A stretch of DNA of 64,000 nt, taken from contig CM060732.1 in NCBI GenBank assembly GCA_030704615.1, forward strand, positions 52,328,001-52,392,000, read 5' to 3'. The notes beneath the pieces were generated by a model, which had not been told where the DNA came from, ran no database searches, and saw nothing but the letters and a program-made list of their open reading frames with translations. This document shows, piece after piece, positions 48,861 to 60,929 of the stretch (positions are counted from its first letter, which is position 1; each line of letters starts with the position of its first letter). The stretch comes from Takakia lepidozioides (lineage: Eukaryota > Plantae > Bryophyta). The position numbers and the translations under genes were made by a program.

Positions 48861-49361
48861 CGTGGTGAAAATATGGATAAAGAATGTCGTGTCATATACT
48901 GCCACGTGTCATCAAGATTGTTTTCCGAAATAGTTTATATTTTTAATGTTCATATTTTATTTTTTAGTTTTCATTTAATATTTTAAAAAACAGGGAGATT
49001 GCAGCCTTGGATTTTTTTTTAATGGTATTATTTAAAATGAAAGGGAATTAAATGATTTAAATTCTTCATTACATGGTGAAATTCCAACATGAAAACAGAA
49101 TGGATCCCTCTTGCATACTATCAACCACAAGGAGAATGAAAATAGTAAACTACAGGGCAATACAAGCCCTATAAATCACATTACAAAAATCCAAATGAGA
49201 CCAATGTCCCAATGGACACCTCAAAAGCCACAAGGTCAAAAAATCCATGCCTCAAAAGGCCCAGCCAAAAACAAGCAAGCCCACACATGGGCTGAATTGT
49301 TGTAGCTAGTATATTCTAGTGCTATTAGAATCAAGAACTCTGTTAAACAGTGCAATACTGA

Positions 49362-52300
49362 CTATCCCTTCCGCAGCTCCATAAGTTTCAGTAACTTTAG
49401 ACTCCAAAGTGTTGTCTGGCCAACCACCTGCCCCAACTCGGTCTGTTTCCTAACACCATTCACATATGATAGAGGGGTGTTACTGACACATGCCTCTTTG
49501 ATGTACACACAAGCATAATCAAGGGGCACAACAGGGTACCCGTAACCCACCACAGCACCTTGAAGAGCAACAATCAGCCCTACTCCACATTTCTTGCGTT
49601 TGGAGTTCACATCCAACAGCCGAACCTCGTCACCCACCCTGAACTGTGATCCCAACTCCACACAAAAAAGAACACGATGTGAAAACCCATGACATACACA
49701 CGACTAGGACACTCAACATTTGCAAGTTAAAGAGAGCCCCAAGGTTGGAAAAAATAAAACAAACAAGACAACGGCCTGGACTTACTCCATTTGCAGTCTC
49801 CAGTGGTGGTGAGACCTCTTTTGGGGGCTACTCGCCGGGTCGACACTTTGCCCCTCGTCTGTACCGGCTTGTCGACAATATCACCTTTGTTTGTCACAAG
49901 TTCTTGTGTCACAGACGAGACAACAACTAGGAAAGCAATGAACAAACAGGAATAGTGAATAGAAACAAAATCCAAGTATGAATCAAACAAAAAAAGCCAA
50001 CATGAAAAGCTGCAAAGAAAACCTAGCATTAATCAAGCAACCGAGGAGAAGCATCCAGGAAAGCAATGCAATGAATGAACCCACAAAATTGTAGCCTCTG
50101 GAGCACTGTCAGAATGTTTGTACCTTCACAGTAGCAGTGTTGTATGGTTGTTGTCCGAAAACAGGCTGAGACTCCAAAAACTTGGGAATACTGGCAGTTT
50201 TCGATGCCTTCCACAAGAAAGGCCACAACACCTCTGTTAGATACTCATCAGTTGGTGAATCTGGTTGCACCTTCCATGGCTCTGGAAAAATCCCACTGAA
50301 GGGAGGATTGTTTGCCGCCTTTCTTGGTGTGTCGTCAACAAGAACAGTGTCCTCATAAGTCCATTCTGGCCAGTCTGCCCACAGTCTAGACAAGTTCTTG
50401 AAATATAATGGCTTTGAATCAGACCCCTTACGGCATGGGAGGACTGGATCCTCGTCACAGTGAAGGGCATCCCACTGGAAAACCAGCTTAGTGTGGGCTG
50501 CAAAAATATAGTCCACCATTGGGAAGAAGTTGCGAGCTTGGCAACAAGACCACACCGCCACCTCAAAGTGTTCAAAACACTTTTGCAAAAAGTTATAACA
50601 GCGTGGTCTCAAAACTACCATCTTCTTGCCACACATCTTCCCCACAAAACCTTTGGGAAGGGATGCAGGCCCATTAGCAGAATGCAAAGATTCACATAAC
50701 AGACCATTTAAGTCCAAAATTAGTAAATGCTTCCTCGTTGGTCCAGGAAGTAAACTGACATTTGGCTTCAACATGTGAGCAGGAGAAATTAAAGCAACCT
50801 GCTTGTTTGTTTTGTCCCCGTCTGCATCTTCCTCCCCATTTAAACTCCCACATACCTGCATACCAGAATCCGGTGTGCCCGGCGGCTCTGTCACCATTGC
50901 CCCCTGGACTGCTACTGCCTTTGTACGTGGCAAGGGCTGAATTTCCACGTGTACCTCACAGCTGGCCTTCCTTGTATCCTGCTGCTGCTCGGTCAAATTC
51001 AAAAGATCATCAGTGACAGGAAGACATAAGGGCTTAGAGTGAGCACCAGTTACCGTCTGAAATTGGGATTCCAAACATTTTGATACTGTCACAGCAGACG
51101 TATCCATCGTAGATGTCACTGGTCCTGCGTCTGGTAGATTAATCCCCAATCTGGTCACAATGGCTTTCTGGTACTCAATCATACTCTGCATCTGTAATTT
51201 TAATTCTGCCATGTCACATCCTTGTGATTCCACTAGTTTGTCCAAGCCATCCATCCTGCCAACTACTGTAGAATATGCGAGACTTCCCTCCTGCCAATCC
51301 ATGAAAACTTGCCCAAGTATGAATCAAACCAAAAAAACCTAGCATGAACAACCATTGGAAAGAAAACCCAGGCCAAAAGCCATGAAAAAAACCCTAGCAA
51401 CCTATGATGTAGCAACCACTCTAGCAAACGTGGAAAACACACTTACCCGCCTGTCACTCCCAGCTGACAACCGTGACACTGAACCCTCTTGAATTTCATA
51501 TAATGTAGGAGGGCACCCTGATAGTGTTTCCTACAAATTAATCCATGCCACAAACAAACCCATGCCACAAGTCAGTAAGCAAAGTGAGGGCTGACTATAT
51601 ACACATAGCAATTCAATGAGGAACAAAATACAGAGTCGTGATGATGTCACTTACCAAGCGTGCTTCCACCATTGCCTTCCCACCACGGCCAGTCTTGGTA
51701 GGATTCAGAATTGCACCATTTGCCTTCTTCATGTTGCCCGACACTTTGTGGAACACCTCTGTCTGCCAGTAACTTACAAGCTTGTTCTATACCTCGTCAG
51801 ATACAGTAATGGGTTTCCCCTTACCACCCAACCACGCAGTGTGTGCTTCATAACGCTGGCTCTTCATTATTCTGCCAATTGTTTGTTTTAGGTGGAAGTC
51901 TTTTAACTTGTGTGGCGTATATGAAAATAGATTAGCCAGGTGATCTCTGATTTTGTATACAACTTCATCAGGTTGGTTGTTGATGGCAAGGGAACAATCT
52001 AGCTTGCGATAAGCCTGTCCTTTAAGGGCAGTGTGCCATACATTCCGGGTCTGACCATACGGGGCTCCTTTGAGGTTCGTCAAAATCACCGTGGGAGGAA
52101 GACCTGCAGCTATTCTCTCTTCCTTCACCTTGGCAGCTTCAATTTTGGCTGAGCTATTAGCCCTTCTTAAAGCATTGGTTCTATCATTCTTTGAAACGGC
52201 ACCCTCCCCTCCTTCAAAGACCTCCATGCGCTCAGGAGAATTCAAAGCAGGATCCTGCCAAGTAGGGACTGGTGGCCATGGCTGTTGGCCAGAAGACTGA

Positions 52301-53867
52301 GGACCATACTGGCCATACTGTCCATAAGCAAGAGGATATTCCGGTGGCCTGCCACCCCCATAGCTATTAGGGGGTGCAAATATGGTGGAGGAGGATACTG
52401 GCCATACTGCCCATATGGAGGAGCACCATATTGACCCTGACCATACTGAGTGCCAGACTGTGGGTATTAAGGCATACCATAATAAGGTGGGGGTACTGGT
52501 GGCACAGAACCCACAACGATGGGAGAGTTAGGGCCACCTCCTACGTTCTTGTGGGCGCCATCTCCATTGCTAGCAGCAGGGATCGTGGATGCAGTGCGCT
52601 TGAAATTCCCCAAGTACAATGTGGGTGATTACACATACATATAGGCAGCAAGCAGCAAATCCTTGAATTCAATATAACAAACTAGAAGCACATATCATTT
52701 GTAATGACAAGATTACCCAAAACTCAGTATGATCTTGGGCAGTAAATCTCCCAAATTTGATTGGCCCCAATGATGTCCTCCCAGTACATTTTTGAGCCCT
52801 CTTAGGTATGGGGTGTTCCTGAAATCCATAGCAAGAATTCAAATGGACAAACCTGATGAGTCCATGAGAAGTATCCCTCCAAGTTTTACTGATATTCTGG
52901 GTGCATAAGTAACCCAAGTATCTCTATAAGTAGCCATTGTAGCTTAGTACCAGGACGTTGGTTTCATGGGGCAAAGAATTTGAACACACCTGAAGTCTAC
53001 ATTGGCCTGACATCATGCCTTTGGCACTTCAACTTGTCTAGTGGAAATCATTTGTGATTGTGCCTTGGCTGACCCCTGCATTGTCCAACTTCCCTGTCTT
53101 GACAAACATACCCTATCTCTTCATGATCTTACCATACCCTATCTCTTCGTGATTTTACCAAAAACATACATAATTTGAATCATGGTCATTGTGAAGAACT
53201 ATAACTCACAGACGGAGAAGGTGTTCGTAGTGTAGATGATGGGCGTTTTTGTCCTGCGACATGAACATGGGCATGTTCTCCTCGGCTTGCCGTGGCATCC
53301 GCCGACGACGCACTCGCCTCGCACTGGCGTGGGAGGAGTGGATCATCCTCATCGTCCTCAGAAGAGCCCTCATGTAGAATCGTAGTCTTCATCATCTTCA
53401 GTCTGGCACTTTGCCTTGCAGGACCTTGATCCCTAGCTTTTTCCTTCGGAGCGCGTGGCTTGCAAGGGCGATTCGCTCCCGCAAGCCTGTACAAACACCT
53501 CCATGATCTCCCTCTCAAACAATCACAAACAAATGCAAGCATACATACCCTAATACTCTTAAGCCTACGCTGAACCACAGCCGCACCCTACCAGGACGTA
53601 ATGGCTGCCCACGAATGACGGCGGACATCTCCCGCCTAATGACACACCCTCCTCAAACCTAATCGTCACTCACTGCATGTTGTTTGCCTCTCTGTTTGTA
53701 CAAGTCGCAGCTACTCGCCCCCATTTGTGCAATGAAGCTTATGATCGCTGTAGGAAGGTTAGAGGATAAGGCGAATCGCAAATTTAGTGGGTGGGTATCC
53801 AAAGTCAGGAACTAAACTCACCCATCTATCGACTGCTTGAACGTTGCTTCCACCTCCTTTATGGCAG
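49362..53867 (-). pseudogene. CACTA TnpA/ORF2-like multi-exon gene with an FCP1/NIF HAD domain and C-terminal Tnp1-like domain; first ~70 nt missing
   Basis: 50109-51302: HLLILDLNGLL, LRP..FL..FEVAVWS, KNLSRLW, TVLVDDTPRK..NP; 49362-49661 resembles the En/Spm Tnp1-type domain (GLI..GYPVVP..V..PL..LGQVVG..W). Confidence 0.65.
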
Positions 53868-54354
53868 AATTTTCGAAGGATGGTAAAATTTTGCGGTCCA
53901 ACGACTTTGACAGTTAGGTTGGGGGGGGGGGGTAGGCCATGATGCGAGTTGTGTACAGGTGCATTTCCAACTAGAAACTATTTTGCATCTTGTGAGAAAT
54001 CCTTAGGCGTTGTTAGAAGGGCTCTTCACTGATAGGAAGTGAATGTCAGTGCCGACATTCACTTCCATGGTTGTGAGCTCTTATAAACAGAGATTTCATT
54101 CACATGGATTAGGGAACTTAGGGTGTGTTGGTAGTGTTCTTGAATGGAATTTTGTGAATGTCGTTGACGACCATCACATCCAAAGCTATTGTGAGCTTCT
54201 ATACCGAAAGTTTTCTTGTACGTTTTCTAGGGTGCCCAATAGTTACATGTAGTGTTGCTCTCACGAATGTCTGAATGTCGGTGCCGACGTTCACTTTGAG
54301 ATAGAGAGATTTGCTTCTGCATAGAGAGATTGATTTCCAATTTGTCTCGTGGTT

Positions 54355-54850
54355 CGCAGGTACACAAAATATGTGCTGAATGATGGAAATCACCTCAGGA
54401 GTGTCTCAGATTATCTTGACATGTGGTCGGACCCGGGAAACGATCCAACCATGTATACAACAGGGATATTGAAGGACTGGAGTCTTGCACACTTCAAGGA
54501 CTGTGGTTGGTATTTGGACTGCCCTCCTGAGCACACGACTTTTCAGGAGCAGCAAATGAAATATTTGAACAGTCATGCTGAGATGCTTGCACCTCTGGAC
54601 GCATAGCAGCACTGGCTGCCAAGGAGTCTGACGCGCAGGAAATAACCCAGAAGGGCAAGAAGGGTGGGCGCAAACCCAAAGACAAGGCTCCAGATGGCAC
54701 AGCCAAGTCACCAGCAAAGACAAAGGACAAAGACAAGTCGAAGGAGAAGGAGAAGGAGAAGGGGCAGGAGAAAGAAAAGGAGAAGGAGAAAGAGCAGGAG
54801 AGTGAGAAGGACTTCACCGCCGGAAGGTATACCCGCACAATTCAGTGCGT
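54355..54850 (+). pseudogene. Third fragment of a ParB-MTase family homolog (W/C motif + K/E-rich linker)
   Basis: MYTTGILKDWSLAHFKDCGWYLDCP vs MYTEVMAKEWHAEHLVDCPWYVDLP (33885-34178), each followed by a charged low-complexity linker. Confidence 0.6.
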
Positions 54851-55419
54851 GTTCGATGCCAGGATTGGAAAAGACGTTGAGAAGGCAACAGCCGTTATCT
54901 ATCCTCTACAGATCCCCTTCAATTTGATGTGGGAAAGCCGGCTGGCTGGAGGTCTAGTCTCACTTTCACTCATCTAATGTCAGTGTTGTATCCATTGCAA
55001 TGTGGAGATGTTTGAAACAACATTGGAGCATTTCCAGAGGATGGTCTGGATTGCCTTTCATGGCGTGTGCCGAATCCATGGCAAGAAAACATTGCAGGCA
55101 GAACCCATGGCAATGGTACCAGCACGGGTTGGTCCAAAGCCAATTGCAACAACAAATGAATAAAGGGTGCTGAAAGGAAAGCACTCCATAATTGATCATA
55201 AAATCCACTGTCCAAGCATGATATCTTAATGGGAATGCGAAGGGAGTGTTACCATCTTAAACTATCATGCATGGTCTATAACTGGAGTGCACAAATCTAG
55301 CATATCTAATCTTCATCATCCTCATCTATGTCTGGGTCACTACATGTATCACTGTCTTCATCACAGACTTGATCTTGTCCAAGGGTTGGCTGAACATCAT
55401 CACCACGTATACGGGGTGC

Positions 55420-58400
55420 TCAGAGGTACAAGGAGGCTACATGCTCTGGAGGTACCGCTCGGCTGCATGTTGGGCCATTAGTAACCAGAGTCTCATCTAG
55501 TCTTTGTGGGGCTAACAATCCTTCCACTTCCGCCACATCATCATTATCAATTGATATGTCGCAGACCACTCTACGTGCTCGGGGGCTCTTCTCCAGGACG
55601 ACTTTCCACCCCGGCTCCTTCACACAATCAGAAAAAAACACTTGATCAACCTGGCCAAGAAACACAAAAGGTTGCTCAGAAGGTGGAAGCATACGGTTAA
55701 AATTGACCAGTGTGAAGCCAACATCATCCTGCTTCATTGACATAGGTTGACGACCCACGCAACTCGCCAGTACCCACGAATACAAAAACACTATAGGCTG
55801 TGTTTGGCCATAGTCAATTTGCAAAATCTCCCTTATAAGACCCACATATCTTGTAGGTTCCTCCATGTCATTGCCTGAATTGTTGGTAATGGGCTGGTGC
55901 TGGAAAACAGATGAGACTCCACAATCAAAAGACACCATACTTGTTGTGTTCATGCCGGGGGATGTAACCCTGTAATGGTTACCATACGCTGTCGTACTCT
56001 TGAATGACAGGGCAATAAATGATGGAGGCCTTGAAAGATCCAGTAATTCCTCACGTGTTGTAGGATCAAGCCCATCTGATTGAATTGAGAGATGATCACG
56101 TACACCTTGAGGGAGCCAAACAACAAATGGAGGACAAGGATGCAAATCAGGAGAGTACTGAATTGCCGTGGGATTGCTCATGCCTTCCAGCCCTTGCTCC
56201 TCACGAAACAAGCGTCGTCTGACTTCTATCCGTGTGGACTGTGCTTCATATATCCTGTCACAATCCGAGGGTCAGCCAGGAGATTGACAGAGGTGGCGTG
56301 GGAGATATGAAAAGACGCCATATGCCAACTAATGATAAATGACTAAAACTTGGAAATCTGAATGTCAATGAAGTAGATTTCTTACCCCAACATGACTGAC
56401 AGACGGGGATGGTTCTGAATGATGTACTCATGTACAATATCACACAGGTCATTCAATTTTTGGGCTTTAGAACTTCCTTCCACAACTTCACGTTCCACAG
56501 ATTCTGCCTCATCTGCAACCCACACCCTTCGTACACTTCCATCAAATCCTGCCATATACTCTGTGCAAAAACCCAATGCTTCTTCAAATTGGTATCCTTC
56601 TGCCATGCTCCCCTCGGGCCTTGCCATGTTTCTTACGTAGCCCTTCATATCTTTCATTGCCCGCTCCATGGGGTACATCCAACGAGATGCTACGGGCCCG
56701 AATAAATACAACTCATCCACTAGGTGAACAACCAAATGTGTCATCACATCAAAAAATGATGGTGGGAACTCCTTCTCTATAAGACACAGAGTGACAACTG
56801 CTTCAGTTCTCAATTCCTCATACTCTACAGGATTCACCACTTTTGCACACAACTTCTTAAATACACGAAATACTCGCAAAATGGCCCTTCGAGGACCACT
56901 TGCCATGAGCCCACGGATAGCAAGCGGTATAATTTGTTGCATGAGCACATGATAGTCATGTGATTTCATGCCAGACAACTTCTTCTTCACCACATGCTTT
57001 TTGAAAGCTGATGCGTAGCCTGTTGGCACTTTCAAGTTTTGCACAATCTCCAGAAAGACTTGTAATTCAGCCTCAGTGAGGACATAAGGGGCAGGAGGCA
57101 TAATTAACGTATCTGCTCTGTCAGGATCACATTGTAGCCACAATTCCGGGCGCATCCCAAGTAGCTCCAAATCACGGCGAACTTTCAATGTGTCTTTCTC
57201 ACCAAAGATAGTTTTAATAATATTTTCAGCCAAGTTCTTCTCGCAATGCATTGCGTCAAACGTGTGGCGGATGAGGAGACCCTACAAAATGAACACATAA
57301 GCAATTGAGCATTTACTCATCACAATTTAAACAGAAAACGCAAAAATGTACACAGCCAATTTAAAGGCCATGAAGGAATTACCTCCCAATAAGGTAAGAC
57401 ATATAAAATTGACAATCGCTTAACTCCATGAGTTTTTGCTGGGTCTGTCCTGCTATCTGGCGTCCCTCCGTTTTCCACCCATGCAGTGCGAGATGTTGCA
57501 AGCTCCTTGATTTGTGTTCCAGTCTGCGTTTTTGGAGGAGTTCCATGCTCAGTAGCGCCATTGAACATTCTTGACCTTCTATATGGATGATTGCGGGCCA
57601 AAAATCTTCGGTGGCCTAGGAAAACAGTTTTTCCACATGTGTGTAACTGCTGTGAAGTCACCCCGGGTCCACAAGCTGGACAACCAGCATAACCTTTCGT
57701 CATTTGACCTGAGAGCAAGCCATATGCAGGGTAGTCATAGATTGACCACATCAACACTGCCCTCAGTGTGAATTCGCGTTGACCACGAGGACGGGAAACA
57801 TCATGAGCTGCAATCCCTCTCCATAGTTCCAGTAGCTCTTCCACTAGGGGCATCAAGTAAACATCTACATTGTCCGAGGTAACAGACTCCTTACCAGGAA
57901 TCAGTAGCGCTAACATGACAAAGAACTTTTTGGTCATTAACCACGGAGGCAGATTGTAATTGACCAAGAGAACGGGCCATGTGCTCCAACTTGTGGATTG
58001 AGCTCCGTAGGGATTTACACCGTCTAAGGCCAATCCAAATCGCAGAGATCGTGGCTCTGCAGCAAAATCCTCAAATGTGGTGTCAATGTGTCTCCATGCT
58101 TTGCTATCAGCTGGATGTCGAACCAACCCATCCTGGCTCTTATGTCTGTTGTGCCATGTCATGAGGTTAGCGATCGATTTACATCGGTACATACGTTTCA
58201 ACCTTGGAATGACAGGGAAGTGTCGCAATACTTTCTTGGGCACACTTCCACGACCTGGAATGTAACGGGAACTGCGGCACACTAGGCAAATGTCTACATT
58301 CTCATACTCCCCACGGAAAAGTACACAACCACGCTCACAGGCATGAATCATGGTGTACTGCAATCCCATCTTGGCAATCATGGTTTTTGCTTCATAGTGA

Positions 58401-59444
58401 GTTTTCGGCAATGAATTCTCTTTAGGCAAAAAACTCTTACGCAACAATCCCAGAAGCTCATCCACAAATGCATTGGTGCACTTGTGGGTAGTGCATGCGT
58501 TCAACAATGTCAAAGTTGCTTGCAGCCGGCTGATCGAGCACCCTTCAAAAAGTGGACATTGCGACTGTCGGAAGAGTTTATCATACTCGGGATCAATGTG
58601 CAGGTGAGCATTCTCATCAAATTCATTGTCTCCGGAATCGTCGAGGTCATCGTCATGATCGGCAAATGTGTGATCGGATCCACCATGAATGGGGTCCTCT
58701 CTGTTTGCATCTGCAAAGATAAACGCTTCCTGCAATGCACGCTGGATTTCTACCTCCAATCCACCACTCTCATTTGCGTTCTCTGTGATATTGGGCTCCC
58801 GCTGTGCCGCAGGGCCTTCGTCTTCATCATCTGAATATTCACATCCCTGCATCCCAATAATCATCTTGTGAGTGGACCAACAACGATGTGACACTTGTTC
58901 ATATTATGACATAGGAGGCATGGTGACGTTGCAGTGATGCAGTCATATTTACGTAGGTATCTTATGAATATACACCCAATCAAAACACGACATTTGTAGC
59001 CATTGAAGTCATAGTTGCAGTCACTTAGTTAGTCATATATGACTACATGACTACACACGACCAATGAAAACACGACATGTGCATTAATTAAAGTGATAAC
59101 GGAAGTGGCGTAGTCATAGTCACGTCTGTATCTTATGACTTCTTGACTACAATCACCCAACAAAATGTCGATATGTGGAGAAGAGGATCGTTGTTCAAAC
59201 TAAAATGCTGAAGGGAAAGTGACGATCGTACCGGAAGAGAACAGCGTCGGAGAAGAGGATCCCTCCCGTGTATCATGTAATGATTCCTCACTGTTTCCAA
59301 CAACAATACTTTTCCTCCATGACACTCATCGCAGTTGCATAACATTTTTGTATGCCCATTCCTTGTGGCATAAGCTTCTTCCGTTCGCCATAGACGGTCA
59401 TCTATTCTATGCCTACGCATCCGGTCGCCACCTGCACTGTACAT
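55420..59444 (-). CDS. CACTA Tnp2/TnpD transposase (transposase-associated, Transposase_21, DUF4218, DUF4216), spliced
   Basis: LCNCDECHG..VRNHYMIHG; IHACERGCVLF, LRHFPVIPRLKR, HPADSKAW, LALDGVNP, YNLPPW, DYPAYG; MHCEKN, MKSHDYH, FDVMTHL, WMYPMER, EGSMAEGY; QPFV..QVFF..WKVV. Confidence 0.9.
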
Positions 59445-59569
59445 GCTTTGAACGTCACCCCTTCCCTCTTTGCATGCTACGCACAGTGCATTGTCTCTTG
59501 TTTTGCACCAGCTGCCAATGTGCTATTTCTATATCTATAATATACTATAAGTATCGTTTCTGAGTGTCC

Positions 59570-60929
59570 ATGGTGAAGCGCAAGGTCTTCGAAGTGATAG
59601 TCCCTCTCACTGAGTACGAGAAGTTCCGAGAGCGCCGGATTGCTGCCATAAAGGAGGTGGAAGCAACGTTCAAGCAGTCGATAGATGGGTGAGTTTAGTT
59701 CCTGACTTTGGTTACCCACCCACTAAACTTGCAATTCGCCTTATCCTCTAACCTTCCTACAGTGATCATAAGCTTCACAGCACAAATGGGGGCGAGTAGC
59801 TGCGACTTGTACAAACAGAGAGGCAAACAACATGCAGTGAATGACGATTAGGTTTGAGGAGGGTGTGTCATTAGGCGGGAGATGTCCGCCGTCATTCGTG
59901 GGCAGCCATTACGTCCTGGTAGGGTGCGGCTGTGTTCAGCGTAGGCTTAAGAGTATTAGGGTATGTATGCTTGCATTTGTTTGTGATTGTTTGAGAGGGA
60001 GGTCATGGAGGTGTTTGTACAGGCTTGCGGGAGCGAATCGCCCTCGCAAGCCACGCGCTCTGAAGGAAAAAGCTAGGGATCAAGGTCCTGCAAGGCAAAG
60101 TGCCAGACTGAAGACGATGAAGACTACGATTCTGCATGAGGGCTCTTCTGAGGACGATGAGGACGATCCACTCCTCCCACGCCAGTGCGAGGCGAGTGTG
60201 TTGTCAGCGGATGCCACGGCAAGCCGAGGAGAACATGCCCATGTTCATGTCGTAGGACAAAAACGCCCATCATCTACACTACGAACACCTTCTCCGTCTG
60301 TGAGTTATAGTTCTTCACAATGACCATGATTCAGTGCATTGTATGTTTTTGGTAAAATCACGAAGAGATAGGGTATGGTAAGATCATGAAGAGATAGGGT
60401 ACGTCTGTCAAGACAGGGAAGTTGGACAATGCAGGGGTCATCACGACTCTGTATTTTGTTCCTCATTGAATTGCTATGTGTATATAGTCAGCCCTCACTT
60501 TGCTTACTGACTTGTGGCATGGGTTTGTTTGTGGCATGGATTAATTTGTAGGAAACACTATCAGGGTGCCCTCCTACATTATATGAAATTCAAGAGGGTT
60601 CAGTGTCACGGTTGTCAGCTGGGAGTGACAGGCGGGTAAGTGTGTTTTCCACGTTTGCTAGAGTGGTTGCTACATCATAGGTTGCTAGGGTTTTTTTCAT
60701 GGCTTTTGGCCTGGGTTTTCTTTCCAATGGTTGTTCATGCTAGGTTTTTTTGGTTTGATTCATACTTGGGCAAGTTTTCATGGATTGGCAGGAGAGAAGT
60801 CTCGCATATTCTACAGTAGTTGGCAGGATGGATGGCTTGGACAAACTAGTGGAATCACAAGGATGTGACATGGCAGAATTAAAATTATAGATGCAGAGTA
60901 TGATTGAGTACCAGAAAGCCATTGTGACC
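59570..60929 (+). pseudogene. Second, inverted, internally deleted and truncated copy of the TnpA-like gene 5' region
   Basis: Exon 1 from ATG 59570: MVKRKVFEVIVPLTEYEKFRERRIAAIKE..; 59643-60440 is the reverse complement of 53070-53867, and 60438-60929 of 51153-51644. Confidence 0.85.

Larger units (their letters stand above)
45836..60929. mobile_element. CACTA (En/Spm) transposon complex, rearranged; left TIR CACTACAAGA at 45836, right TIR not seen
   Basis: CACTACAAGAGA terminus followed by TGACTAC/GTCATA subterminal motifs; Tnp2 and TnpA-like genes inside. Confidence 0.7.

Noticed and set aside
54380-54395. DGNH in ORF 54349-54606 as a second ParB motif
   Set aside because: The flanking sequence aligns to the CxWY exon of the cargo gene, not its ParB region; the match seems coincidental.
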